Part shown: in pieces, positions 51,206-63,397 of the stretch | How the letters are laid out: the number at the start of each line of letters is the position of its first letter | How positions within the stretch are numbered: the stretch's first letter is position 1 | Source of the DNA: Octopus bimaculoides | Lineage: Eukaryota | NCBI RefSeq assembly: GCF_001194135.2 | Contig: NC_068990.1 | Span: 20,988,757 to 21,052,153, forward strand | Direction: 5' to 3' | DNA length: 63,397 nucleotides | Position numbers and translations under genes: made by a program | The notes under the pieces: generated by a model | Told to the model about the DNA's origin: nothing | Database searches by the model: none | What the model saw: the letters and a program-made list of their open reading frames with translations, nothing else

Positions 51206-51500
51206 ATGCTGCTGCTGCTGCTGCTACTACTACCACTAACACCACTACTATTATTAATACTAATACGCCCACTACTACTACTACAGCCACCACTACCTCT
51301 ACTGTTACTAATACCGCCATCACCCCCTCCAGTACTTCTACTACGGCCGCCACTCCTACTGCCACCATCACCACCACTACTACCACTGCTGCTGCTACTT
51401 CAGCTACCACAACTATTGCTACTGCTGCTACCACTAATACTACTACTAAAACCACCACCACCACCACCACCACCACCACCACCATAACTACTACTATTAC
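51157..51500. repeat. (CTA)n/(CTG)n/(CCA)n compound microsatellite
   Basis: Read directly. Confidence 0.95.
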
Positions 51501-51864
51501 ACTGTAATCTAGCAAAAGGACCATTAATTACACAATTAGAACAAAGGTGATAGACTTGCATAATACCTGGAGCATCGAGCAAAATGTGCCTTGCGGTATT
51601 TATTCTTAGTTAAAATTCCTCCTCGGTCGATTTTGCCTTTCATCCTTTTGAGGCGCATTAAGAAAAGCATCAGTCAAGCATTTCGGGCGATTTTATCGAC
51701 TGACCAATTCCCTCAGACTTCAAGCTTTTGTGTCTATGCAACAAAGAACGCTTATCATATGCGAGAGACAATTAATGTTATAATTAAAGCGTTTAGCCGA
51801 AACGCTTTCCATTCTCTCTTAGAATTTTGAATCTTAGAATCATGTAGTTTTTATCCCTCAAGGA

Positions 51865-52296
51865 ATTTGAGAATGATACCTGGCTTACCATCCATGCAGG
51901 AAGTGTAAAGGATTGTCTTAACAGATACGTCACATGCATTGAGAAGAGCATTGTTGCTGTGAATTATTTTCTTTCCCCCAATTATTTTCTTTGTTTTCTT
52001 TCTTTGCCTTCTTTTCGCTTTTCCTTCTTTACTTTTTTTCTTTGTTTGATCTCCCTTCTTTCTCTACCATATGATTGTAAATGAACAATGTGGTGTGTTT
52101 ATTTTGATAGCCTACCGATGCATGCAATGAGTTTCTTTGCCCTAGATGTTGGGAAGACACTCGGCAAGAAATGGAAACAAAATTGAATGAAGAGAAGAAG
52201 AAGAAGAAGAAGAAGAAGAAGAAGAAGAAGAAGAAGAAGAAGAAGAAGAAGAAGAAGAAGAAGAAGAAGAAGAAGAAGAAGAAGAAGAAGAAGAAG
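51865..52296 (+). mobile_element. R4/Dong-clade 3' end with (GAA)n tail, copy 5 (same subfamily as copy 4)
   Basis: MIPGLPSMQEV*RIVLTDTSHALRRALLL* plus a 3' UTR that is the reverse complement of 54781-55060; (GAA)n runs from about 52190 to 52296. Confidence 0.92.
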
Positions 52297-52504
52297 CATT
52301 TTAAATCCATCTGAAGTGTATCATTAACGTTAAGACCGAACATAGAACATAAGTTTCACGCGTGTACGGAGTTCGATGTAATTACTTGTATCCTGCCATA
52401 AAATATGTAACCTTGAGCTAAATTTCGAAAGTAATGTTGCAGGACTTCAATAATTTACTGAAAATGTTTGTTCGCTTGTTGTGGTATTTATATCGAACAT
52501 ACAA

Positions 52505-52855
52505 CCATGGTGGTGTGGTTAAGATAATCGCTATGCCACCATGTCGCTTGGGTTCTGTCCCACTGCGCAGCACCTTTGGCAGATGTCTTATGCTGTACCT
52601 TCGGATCGACCAGTGCTTTATTTGTGAAACCGTGTGAAAGCCTGTCGTATATGTTTGTGTTGTGTGTGTTTGCGTTTGTACCTACATTGATTGAAGACTG
52701 GTGTTGGTTTATTTACGTCCCTGTAAGTTAGTGCTGCGGCAAAGGAGAAAAAACTATAAATAAATACTGGGGTCAATTTGATAGGCTAAACCTTTCAAAG
52801 CGATGCCCCAGCATGGCCGCAGTTCAATGACTGAAACAAGTAGAAGGTAAAAGAT
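52505..52855 (+). mobile_element. SINE family B, degenerate
   Basis: ggttctgtcccactgcgcagcacctttgg..ccagcatggccgcagttcaatgactgaaacaagtag. Confidence 0.82.
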
Positions 52856-53538
52856 GGGCGATACCCATAGCTTGGCTGTGGACAGTCACATCGTAGAAGA
52901 GATCGCATTGTAAAATCTATCCATTATACTCGGTTAAACCTCCATTGCACTGTCTCCGTCGGCTCAGCAAACAACTCGCAAAAAACCAAAACAGTGAGCG
53001 TAATAGTTATACTGTTCGGGTCTGTCATCGGACTACACCATTGCCATACGGTCTCAACGACTGTAAATATTATGAACATTATTATTTCTTGTTCCAAATA
53101 TACACCCCTGATTTTACAGATTATACTGTATTTACAAATTATACATGTTCTTCGTGCAGTTTTAATGTTCAAATTATACACTTTTACAAAAGAATGACTT
53201 TGTATCTATTTCATTTATTTATTTATTTTTTTATTTAAATCTTTTATTGAATTCTTTAACAAGGAAATGGTTTGACTATTTATTAGTCTGCTGTCATGAA
53301 ATTAGAATGATATATATTTCCTATAGAAATTAACTAATAATAAGTGACAATGGAAACAATTCCACTCCATTGTTTTCTTAGCTACCAAGACGTGACACTT
53401 CTTTTCTGCCATATGCTTATCAAACTTGTCAGTTTAACAATGGCTTTTAATGATCTTCACTGCTTCAGCATTGAATCGATAACAATGGATCCACTGCTAT
53501 TGCTTCTCATACGATTGTTGTTGTTGTTATTATTATTA

Positions 53539-53644
<106 letters not shown>

Positions 53645-53884
53645 AAGAGTGGTGGAATAGTAGTAACAGTAGACCATCAGTAGTTTGTTTAGCAATAATC
53701 TTGGCTGCGTGTTTTTTAAGTTCTTATTTCAAATTACTCCGCAGTCGGTTTAGCTTTGAGTCCGTCTGCTACGTTTAAGACAGAATACCAGTTTCATACT
53801 GAGTCCCATTTTAGTAGCTGCTTCCTACCATCCGATATTTATGGGTTTGTCATAAAAAGGTATTATCATCACCATCGTTATAAT

Positions 53885-54702
53885 TATTATTATTTCACAT
53901 ACGCACAACAGATTAGACTGATGGAAAGGAAAGTCTTAACATCGGAATACAACAAGTAACCTTAGATGCTAAGAACCCTCCTAAATATTCTAGCTGTCCC
54001 TAATAACACTGTTTTCTGGAGCTGTACTATCTTCTCTATCCATCTGTTCAAATCTTTAGGGATAGTGCCTAATGCATCTATAATTACAGGGATAGCTTTT
54101 ACCCGCACTTTCCATAGTCTCTGCAATTCAATGACTAGGTCCTGGTACTTTGCTATTCTTTCTATACCTCTCATATTGATTTTTTTTTCACCTTTTGGGA
54201 CTGTAAAGTCAATTATCTGACACTTTCTATTCTCTCTATCTACTTACTACCAAATCAGGCCTTCTAGCTTCTATTACTCTGTCAGTCTGAATTTTAAAGT
54301 CCCACAACATCTTATATTTCTTACATTCTAGTACTTTGCTGTGTTCATGTTCATACCATTAATCAGTAAGATAGCTTCTACATAATTCCCAGTGGATTAC
54401 TCTCCCTAGGTTGTCTTGTCTTGTATTCTTTCTGTGCCATTATGCTATATTCACTTACTATATGAGGAACATTTACCTCTCTTGATTTACAGAACCTACA
54501 CTGGGAATCCACTCACTTTTTTTTTTATGTTGGCTTTTATCCAATTAGTTCTCAATGCTTAATCTTGTGCTGCTAGTAACAAACTTTCTCTGTCTCCCTC
54601 TTCAGTTACCTTTCTGCAACTAGGACCATGTCTCACTACTACTATTTCTTGCAATTATCTTTGGGAATCTAACACGCAAAGCCTTCTCATGACAGTCAGA
54701 CT
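53885..54702 (-). mobile_element. R4/Dong-clade 3' fragment, copy 3
   Basis: HEKALRVRFPKII..ETWS, degenerate CCHC/RHD region, KYQDLVIELQRLWKVRVKAIPVIIDALGTIPK..LGTARIFRRVLSI*, short 3' UTR ending in TAA repeats. Confidence 0.9.
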
Positions 54703-54780
54703 TTCTTCTTCTTCTTCTTCTTCTTCTTCTTCTTCTTCTTCTTCTTCTTCTTCTTCTTCTTCTTCTTCTTCTTCTTCTTC

Positions 54781-56575
54781 TTTCAATTTTTGTTTCCAAA
54801 AAACTCATTACTTGTATTGGTAGGCTATCAGAATAAACACACCACATTGTTCATTTACAATAATAAGGTAGATAAAGAAGGGAGATCAAACAAACAAAAA
54901 AGTAAAGAAGGAAAAGCAAAGAGAATGGAAAAAAGAAAACAAAGAAAAAAATGGGGAAAAGAAAATAATTCACAGCGACAATGCTCTTCTCAATGCATGT
55001 GACGTACCAGTTAAGACAATCTTTTACACTTCCTGCATGGATGGTAAACCAGGTATCATTCTCCAATAATCTTCAGTTCCTTTTCTGATCATTCCAAGTC
55101 CTCCTATAATCAATGGTATTGTAACCGTCTGGAGATGCCACATTTTCCCAATTTCAATCAGCATAGTTTTATATTTTCTGAGCTTATCAGATTCTTTTGC
55201 CGAGATATTGTCATCACAATCTTTGCTCATGTCAATCAATAAACAGATTGTATTGTTTTGGTCTTTCACAATAATATCTGGTTTACTAGCTTTGATTGTT
55301 CGATCTGCACATACTGGAAACTCCAAAAAACATCGTTTGATTTTTTCTTTCTTGTACGATTTTTCAGCAGTTTTGATTTTATGACGCCGACATATTATCC
55401 AGTGTAAATACTGGCCAAATCATGTCTTGATGTATATTCTACAGGTGCTAAACCTTACACCCAGAGATTAGGTGATTCACTGTTTCAATATCATCGTTAT
55501 AGTATCGGCACTTTGGATCTACTCTGGTTTTCTTCACATTGGCTTGATAGTTCCGGGTCCTTTAGCCCTGAGCTCCGTAGCCACTAATGGTTGTGCTTCT
55601 GGTCTACATTAGGTTGTTTGCTACGGGTGATATATTTGTCATGCAGACGCCCTATCATCCAATTGTTCAAACGCATTTTGCTTTGCTCTTTATTTCACCT
55701 TCTTTGCAACTACAATTGCCGCACTTCAGTCATGCTGTTCATCCTGGGTATTGTGCATAAACTCACTTGAATCTTGTTTTTATTCCCCTTCATAAAAAAA
55801 GTAAAGCTTCTTACGACTTTTATGGTTTTCAACGAGCTTTAGTATCCAGTCGTTAGATGTTTCAAGATATTTGGCCAGTCCAATTCTGGTGGCTTTGTAA
55901 GTGATTTCAAATTGGAGCGAGCTTCGACCTTCTTGGACTGTGGGAAGGTAAAGAGGATCTGCGTCTGCCTTTGTATGGTGCATCTTATTGCCAGCCAGCC
56001 GCCTATAGATTTTCCTGTCAATCTTCCTTATTTCACTGATATTCAAGTGCAACATATTGAAACTGTAAATAACAACCGGAGCTGCTAAGGAATGTATGGC
56101 TAACACTTTCCTACGGGCATTAAACTCAAATTTAAGGACTGCTCGAACTCTCCTGTAACATTCCTTCCTGATCTTCTCTTTCATGCTTGCATGCTGAATG
56201 CCAGAGCCCTCATTTATTCCGAGATATTTGTAAGTTTGTTCCTGCTCGAGTTCTTTTATGACTGTGCCAACATCTAGCACCACTGAATGTGAGATCTCCA
56301 ATTTCCCTTTCTGGAAATTCGCCTTGGTACATTTTTTATCAAGACTAAATTCCATCCCGGTGTCATCACTGAATGCTTTCATAATATGTAACAGACCTTC
56401 AAGCTCATTATCGTCTTTGCCATGGTGCTTTAAGTCAACCATCCGAAATAGATGGTTTATTTTTCTTGTCGTCAATTTTATACCCATACCCTGTTCTGAT
56501 AAGTTCAATTGTAAGTGGTATTAGAGTTATGCAAGAAATCAGAGGTGAAAGTGAGTCACCTTTGAAACTGCCACA
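54781..56575 (-). mobile_element. R4/Dong-clade, 5'-truncated, copy 4, ending in (GAA)26 at 54703-54780
   Basis: FKGDSLSPL..NHLFRMVDLK (degenerate Y/FMDD), YKYLGINE, HHTKADADPLYLP, REL KPDIIVKD..LIDM..KE..K..VTIPLIIGGLG. Confidence 0.93.
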
Positions 56576-56578
56576 GTA

Positions 56579-56641
<63 letters not shown>

Positions 56642-57822
56642 TCTAAGATGGAATCTATGCTCTCTATTTTGTTGGCCAGCAAGAAATGAAAATGGGAAGT
56701 GATCATGAACGTGAAATTGATGTTCATAATGAAATCCTCCCATTACACAAATCCAAAGCCATTGTAATGAACAGCAACTGTAAAAGCGACAATTGCAGAA
56801 AGAGTAGCAGCAACGATGTGTTAAATAGAATAGCAGATAAGAAGAAAACACTGCACCATCATCAGCAAAATTAAGAGCGGAAAAGAAGGAAGTCATTCCC
56901 AGCACTACCACTGCGTTAGCAACAAACTGTAATAATAGCAATGGAGCGAATGCCTCTACAGAGTAATAAGAAACGACAGCAAAAGCAATAAAAAAAGTAA
57001 CTGTTGCAGTAGAAGAACGGCAAGGTTTCACTCCTTTGCGGTTTACTGCAAACACATTTGATTTACTCCCATTCGACTAAAATGACCAGTGCTTGGAACA
57101 AGTTGCTAACAAGTTGCATAAACAGCTTCCGTAGTAAAGTTAGACTCACCGTAACACCTCAGCTTCTAGAGTAAATAGCTAGAAGGCTGAATACTGTTTT
57201 TTTTTACCCTAACCTAGCTCTGAACAACAAATCTTTGATCAAATACATTCCACCTGGCTCTACTTACAAGAAGGCAAAATGTAACTTAGACTAAATTAGT
57301 TGCAATTTCTTGCAAGTCGATTAACTACCAAGTGTCTCCTGATAATAAAGTAATAATCAAATACTGGTGCTTGATTTTGTCCACTAGACTACGACTGTGG
57401 TCTGCCATTAATATTTGGCTTTATGACTATGTTAAACGAAGCTGGATATGTAGAGTGGTCCTCATATGCCTGGGTAACTTTTTCGCTCGTCCATTCGAGG
57501 AAGTGAGTAGAATAAATACTAGAATAAGTTACTAATATTTCTTTGACCGTCAGTATTAAGCGTTAAAAAATTTGCTCAACTTTATAGAATAAGCAACTTA
57601 GTTCCGTCCCTCCTACTACAAAATAGGATTGGTATTTCAAATCTGAAGAAATTGAATTATAAAAAATTACTCAAATTTCAGCAACACCAAACCCAGAAGC
57701 ACTATTTGTGTTAAACTTTTAAACAGCAAATGCACGGTCGGCGTACATTAATTTGAACAACGATGTTAATAAATAACAAAAGCGTTAGCTATATGAAGAG
57801 GCCATTAGTACATATCTAACTT

Positions 57823-58460
57823 TACAGGGTGTTCTGGATAAATTTCCATAAAAGAAAAAGGAAACAGCATCTCATTCAAAAATAAAAATATTATTAATTT
57901 GTCAAAAAGGAGTTCAACTACATTATGACTGGGAGATAACAGTTGACTCAAAGTGACAGCCTTTAGCTTCCACCATGGCCTCGAGACGACTCCTCAACCT
58001 AGTGCATGCGTTCCTCACTGTATCCCTGAGAAGATCTTCGAACACCTTGATCTTAGTCACCGGCTCGGCCTTGCTGTTGCAACAAAACGGTTGGTGTTTT
58101 TCTCAACTGCGCCCCACACAGTAATCCATGTGATTACAAAAGAGAGAATTAAGAGTCAAGAAAATGGTGTTGGAGAAGCCGAAAAAATTCTCTGGCAACA
58201 ACATTTGACTGTTTCTGGAAATATGACAAGGAGCTAAATTCGACTATCACGCATATGGCCTCGGAGTAGCAATCCCCTCCAGTTAGGGAGTGACCACAGT
58301 TTCCAACAGCTTCACATAATCGCGTGAATTTAGCCTTAGCCTCTGTTCAAAGTTGTGGAGTGACATGACGTCACTCTCACTAGAGAAACGCCCAAAGACC
58401 ACCACATTTTGGAGCAACTTGGTTTTAATGATGACGATCCTAAGTTTTACCACCTTTACA
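57823..58460 (-). mobile_element. Tc1/mariner-superfamily maT (DD37D-like) transposase 3' relic with terminal TA-CAGGGTG end
   Basis: VVVFGRFSSESDVMSLHNFEQRLRLNSRDYVKLLETVV; RPYA**SNLAPCHISR; NS.FCNHMDYCV(W)GAVEK; FEDLLRDTVRNACTRLRSRLEAMVEAKGCHFE. The terminus tacagggtg is at 57823-57831. Confidence 0.85.
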
Positions 58461-58749
58461 GTGTTCTCAGAGCTTTGAGCTGTCATCATTTTCAAACCCG
58501 GTGTAAATCATTATTACCCAGGTAACTCTTTTTCAATATTCAAATGTCTTCCAGTCCTCCATGTCAGTTAACCTTTTCTCTACTATAACTTTATAATCTT
58601 ATTGCTCTCCAACTCCGTTGACGGATCACTAATATATCTATTCCCGAATAACGAGCCCTAAAAGTCGCCATATATAACCCGACCACGCTGTATTTGCACA
58701 AAACCAACGGCTGTGTAAAATATGTATTATAGAAATGTTTTAACAATGA

Positions 58750-59496
58750 TCTTTTTCTTTTACTTGTTTCAGTCATTAGATTGCGGTCATGCTGTGGCAC
58801 CACCTTCAAGAATTTTTAGTCGAACGAATCGACTCAGAACTTATGTTTTGTAAAGATTGATGCTTATTCTGTCGGTCTCTTTTGCCGAAGCGATAAGTAA
58901 GGGAACCGAAAACACACCAACACCGGTTGTCAAGCGGTGTTGGGGACAAACACTGACACGATGACACACACACAAGAACACACCTATATATACATATGTG
59001 ATAAGCTTCTATCAGTTTCCGTCTACGAAAGCTACTCATAAAGATTTGATCGGCCCGAAGGTATAGTAGAAGACACTTGCCTGGAGACTGAACCCAGAAC
59101 CATGTGATTAGGAAGAAAACTTCTTACCACACGGCTAGGCATCCGCCTAGAACATATGGATCGTTTCATGAAATAAAGAAAATACAATTATCGAAAGAAA
59201 ATTTATTCGATTCTTTAATATTTTATTAGTTTCGGTCATGAAACTGCGGCCATACTAGAGCAGCGCTTGCAAGAATTGTGGTCGAAATGAATCGGCCCCA
59301 GTACATTTTGTTAAGCCTGGTAGTTATTCTATCTTCCTCTTTTGCTGAACCGCTAGTTATGGGATACGTAACGCATCAACACTTGTTGTTAAGCGGTGGT
59401 AATGGGTAATCACAGCTTGAAAGATAAACACAAACACAGACTCACACACACATATATTACATACATACCTATATATATATAAATACAACAAGTATA

Positions 59497-59570
<74 letters not shown>

Positions 59571-59730
59571 CACGACGAGCTTCTTTCAGTTTCCGTCTAG
59601 CAAAACGTCTCATAAGGTTTTGGTCGGCTTGAGGCTATAGTAAAAAAACACTTGCCCAAGGTGCCACTCAATGGGACTGAATCTAGAACCATGTGTTTGG
59701 GAAGCAATTTTCTTACTAAACCACACCTGC
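58750..59730 (-). mobile_element. two tandem SINE family B copies (58750-59148 and 59215-59730)
   Basis: Both are collinear with 14918-15367. Confidence 0.88.
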
Positions 59731-60509
59731 AAATGTTATTTAGGCTGGAAGTTAGACACTAGAGTTTAAATTATTACAACCATACAAAATAGGTTGCACC
59801 AGCCTGTTTTCGAGTTCGAATTCTGCCGAAATACACTTTGCGTTGAAACAATGCAAACTACAGTTGATATATAGGAAGTTATAAGTAAGTCACTCCGGTC
59901 GATTAAATCTATATCGTATTTCTGAAAAATGTGTTGCCGTGTGGTAAAGTGAAAATCGTTATTAATACTCAATATGTTGTTGTTGGTGCGGGTGGTAGCA
60001 GCAGCAGCCGCAATAGTAGCAATAGCTGCTGCTGTCGGTTTTGTTGTAGGTCATATTGTTGGTGGAGAATTAGTTCCGGTCAGTTATCATAACTATATTG
60101 AAATATCATTTTCCAGATGTTGCTAACTTTCGTCAGAAAGCGTTATTTTTATCCCATATGTGTAATTTCTAAAGGTGTAACCGTACGATCCGAATGTGGT
60201 TTCACGCTTATGTCCAGCAGAACCACCGATCCAGTCGACGTCCTCTGCTTAGCATGGGAAAAACACTTGATGTTTAAGAAGGAAGAGCTAAATAATGAAC
60301 AACAGGAATAGCAGATGCAGAAGTACCAACAACAAAATGAATTTCCATCGTTCATAAACCAAATAAGCATTATAGATGATAGACTTCTTAAATTTAATCA
60401 ATTGCAATGTTTGATTGATATCGATTTTATTGAACTCTAAACGAAAGCGGAAGTCATGAAATATATATATATATTGTTTCTTTCTGCACTAGATAGGAGA
60501 CCTATTATT

Positions 60510-60890
60510 TTAGGAAAGAGAGATAGTCAATTACATCGACTCCAATACTCGGCTGGTTCTTTATTTTATCGACCTCCGAAAGGATGAAAGGCAAAGTCGA
60601 CCTCGTAGGAATTTGAACTCTTAACACACAACCGGAAGTAATGTTGCTAAATATTTTGTACGACACACCAATGATTCTGCCAGATTGCCACCTCTATTAT
60701 TAAGGCCAGAAACTTTTGGAGAGAAGGCTAATCGCTTGCATCGACAATTGGTATTTTATTTTATCGACCCGCGAGAAGATGAAGAGCTAAGACGACCACG
60801 GTGGAATTTGAACACAGAGCGTAGATGTCGAAGAGTTGTCCCTAAACATTTCTTCCTGAGTGCTAAGGGTGCTAGCACCAAGCTGCCTTG
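60510..60890 (-). mobile_element. two tandem SINE family A copies
   Basis: ttattttatcgacc..gatgaa..gaatttgaac occurs at about 60560-60620 and again at 60755-60815. Confidence 0.82.
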
Positions 60891-61029
60891 AAGTAATCAA
60901 ACACTGCAGGACATTTTAATCGCCACATAGACTGTGCAAGACACCGTTCTTCAGTATTAATTCCTCCTATTTTGAGTATTGTAGACATATAACCAATTTA
61001 CTTCACACAAATTTTAACAAAGAAATCTT

Positions 61030-61095
61030 AAATGGATCTCCAATGGTCATATGGACCCCTAAGTGTCATACTGACCCCCGGTTGGGAACCACCGG
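61030..61095 (-). mobile_element. hAT MITE terminal fragment related to 44179-44429
   Basis: The reverse complement reads ccggtggttcccaaccgggggtcagtatgac..ggggtccatatg, similar to cagaggttctcacccgggggccatatcacc. Confidence 0.55.
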
Positions 61096-61461
61096 TCCAA
61101 ATGATGCCTGTAGCAAGGTTACAAATTGTCTACTCCTGAGTCCCGTGTCATTCACGCCCTGCAAATATCAAATTCGCATCATAACACTACCACACATGTT
61201 TTCAATCTACTGATCCCGCTTTATTCAAATTTATCCTGAAAAAATCTTCGAAGAGTTAGACTCTACCGGGGAAATTTAGTTCAATAACTATCAATAATTT
61301 AGTTCAATAACAAACTATCGATACCAGAGTACATTTCGATCAGAAACTGCCTGCTAAAGTGGACTCTGGTGTCGTAACATATAACATAAATGACTTCGTC
61401 ATGTGAGGCTAATAGCTAAAACATGACCTGGGGTAGTAATGGCCGAAACCTAAATTATTAA

Positions 61462-61493
<32 letters not shown>

Positions 61494-61566
61494 TCTATAT
61501 ATATATGCATAAATATATACGTATACGTACATACTTACATGTATACGTATATACATATGCATATGT

Positions 61567-61710
61567 GGGCATAGGACGTCACAAAACGTAAGCAAAAAAA
61601 ATATGAAGTACGAGAACATGCGATATGGACTTCTTTTACGAACAACGAAAGAAACAATGAAAAACAAGACAAACAACACAAAGAACGACCCTTCATCAGT
61701 TGTAGGCTGT
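61567..61710. repeat. short interspersed element family F flanked by TA/TG repeats
   Basis: Reverse complement homologous to 50102-50215. Confidence 0.65.
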
Positions 61711-61785
61711 TATATATATATGTGTGTATGTGTGTGTGTTCGTGTATATATGTGTGTATGAAGGTGTGCATGTGTATGTATGTGT

Positions 61786-61869
<84 letters not shown>

Positions 61870-61999
61870 CTTCTAGTCACTTGGAACATCTAATGCAGAA
61901 GTTACAAAAGAACAAAATGTTGAAACATATGTAGGGAACAAACAGTTAAATTGTGTTCATCAAAATTTCTCCATGAAAAGCTAACGTCCCAATAGCAAA

Positions 62000-62400
62000 G
62001 TTCCAGCCATGGAACAGTCCCATTGCATGGAAACTTGGGTAACTGTATTTTACTACACCCAGAGGTGATCGCAGCTTTCGGGGTGGATTGAGAGGGCGGG
62101 AGCTGAAAGGAGCCACACGGAAACACGAGACTGAAAAGCTAACATCTTACGACGCATCCACGCCTGTGCCTATACACTAACTGAATGTATATATCTAGGT
62201 GTGTCTGAGTCATTCTTTATGTGTATGTCCCCTCTCTTATGTCTTGACAACCCGTGCTGGTTTGTTTAACCCCGCAGAACATAACGGTTTGTCCAAAGAT
62301 CGGTAGGATAACTACCAGGCTTACGAGGAAGTCATGTGGTCAATTTGCTCGACTACTCCGTTCAAGGCGGTGCCCCAGGAGGGCCGAAATCCAATGAGTG
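62000..62400 (+). mobile_element. SINE family B, highly degenerate
   Basis: cagtcccattgcatggaaacttggg.. head and ttcaaggcggtgccccagg..ggccg tail. Confidence 0.65.
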
Positions 62401-63397
62401 AAATAATATATNNNNNNNNNNNNNNNNNNNNNNNNNNNNNNNNNNNNNNNNNNNNNNNNNNNNNNNNNNNNNNNNNNNNNNNNNNNNNNNNNNNNNNNNN
62501 NNNNNNNNNNNNNNNNNNNNNNNNNNNNNNNNNNNNNNNNNNNNNNNNNNNNNNNNNNNNNNNNNNNNNNNNNNNNNNNNNNNNNNNNNNNNNNNNNNNN
62601 NNNNNNNNNNNNNNNNNNNNNNNNNNNNNNNNNNNNNNNNNNNNNNNNNNNNNNNNNNNNNNNNNNNNNNNNNNNNNNNNNNNNNNNNNNNNNNNNNNNN
62701 NNNNNNNNNNNNNNNNNNNNNNNNNNNNNNNNNNNNNNNNNNNNNNNNNNNNNNNNNNNNNNNNNNNNNNNNNNNNNNNNNNNNNNNNNNNNNNNNNNNN
62801 NNNNNNNNNNNNNNNNNNNNNNNNNNNNNNNNNNNNNNNNNNNNNNTATATGTATATATATATACACGTATATGAAATATATATATGTGTGTGTGTATAT
62901 ATATATACACATACATTTAAACATATGCGTGTGCGTATGCATACGTGTGTGTGTGTGTGTGTTTGCATGACTATGATTATGTGTAGGCAATTATTCACTG
63001 TATACAATGTCTGCTCCTATGCTAATAAATTCGTGATAGAATATTAAGTGCCAGATACGACATAGCTTCACTTAAGAGCGATCAATGAATGGGGATGGTA
63101 TTTAAATAATAAATATATGCATATTTTATGTGCAAACTCACAAGTAACTAACCGCTACATGCATAAACAGCTGAATACATATGTATAGGCAATGCTTATA
63201 TCGTATACAGATCTATGCAAATTATTTCGTCGTCGCGTATTCCTACACTCACACACACACACAGACACAGACATACGTATATGTTATGTACATGTATGTG
63301 TATGCATATGTATGTGTGTGCGTGTTTGCTTCAATAAATGTATGTGTATATACACATTGACATATATATAAGTATATATATATATATATATATATAT

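Noticed and set aside
56435-57055. 206-aa ORF appearing to encode a long protein with poly-N
   Set aside because: It is a chance read-through of unique low-complexity DNA and (AAT)n into the truncated R4 RT frame.

Overview
AT-rich eukaryotic (animal) genomic DNA with no recognisable intact host gene. The dense (TA)n/(CA)n/(TAA)n/(GAA)n microsatellites, N-gaps that mostly abut (TA)n runs, and the SINE families suggest an octopus short-read assembly (inference). The window is essentially a transposon graveyard. It holds five R4/Dong-clade REL-endonuclease LINE fragments, a CR1-type RT fragment, an RTE 3' end, a gag-like CCHC ORF1 relic, relics of four DNA transposons (hAT, Tc1, mariner, maT/DD37D-like), hAT-type MITE pieces and dozens of tRNA-derived SINE copies. 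The best candidate for something functional is an apparently complete type I hammerhead ribozyme fold at 18277-18347, with a perfect catalytic core and an extended stem I. Next are a 55-bp direct repeat bracketing a 1.35-kb composite block that ends in an R4 (GAA)n tail (50892-52348), and R4 copies stacked on microsatellites (53885-56641). Nearly all supplied ORFs are microsatellite or N-gap artefacts. Family assignments come from manual translation and motif recognition, not database searches; element boundaries are approximate unless a motif is quoted.
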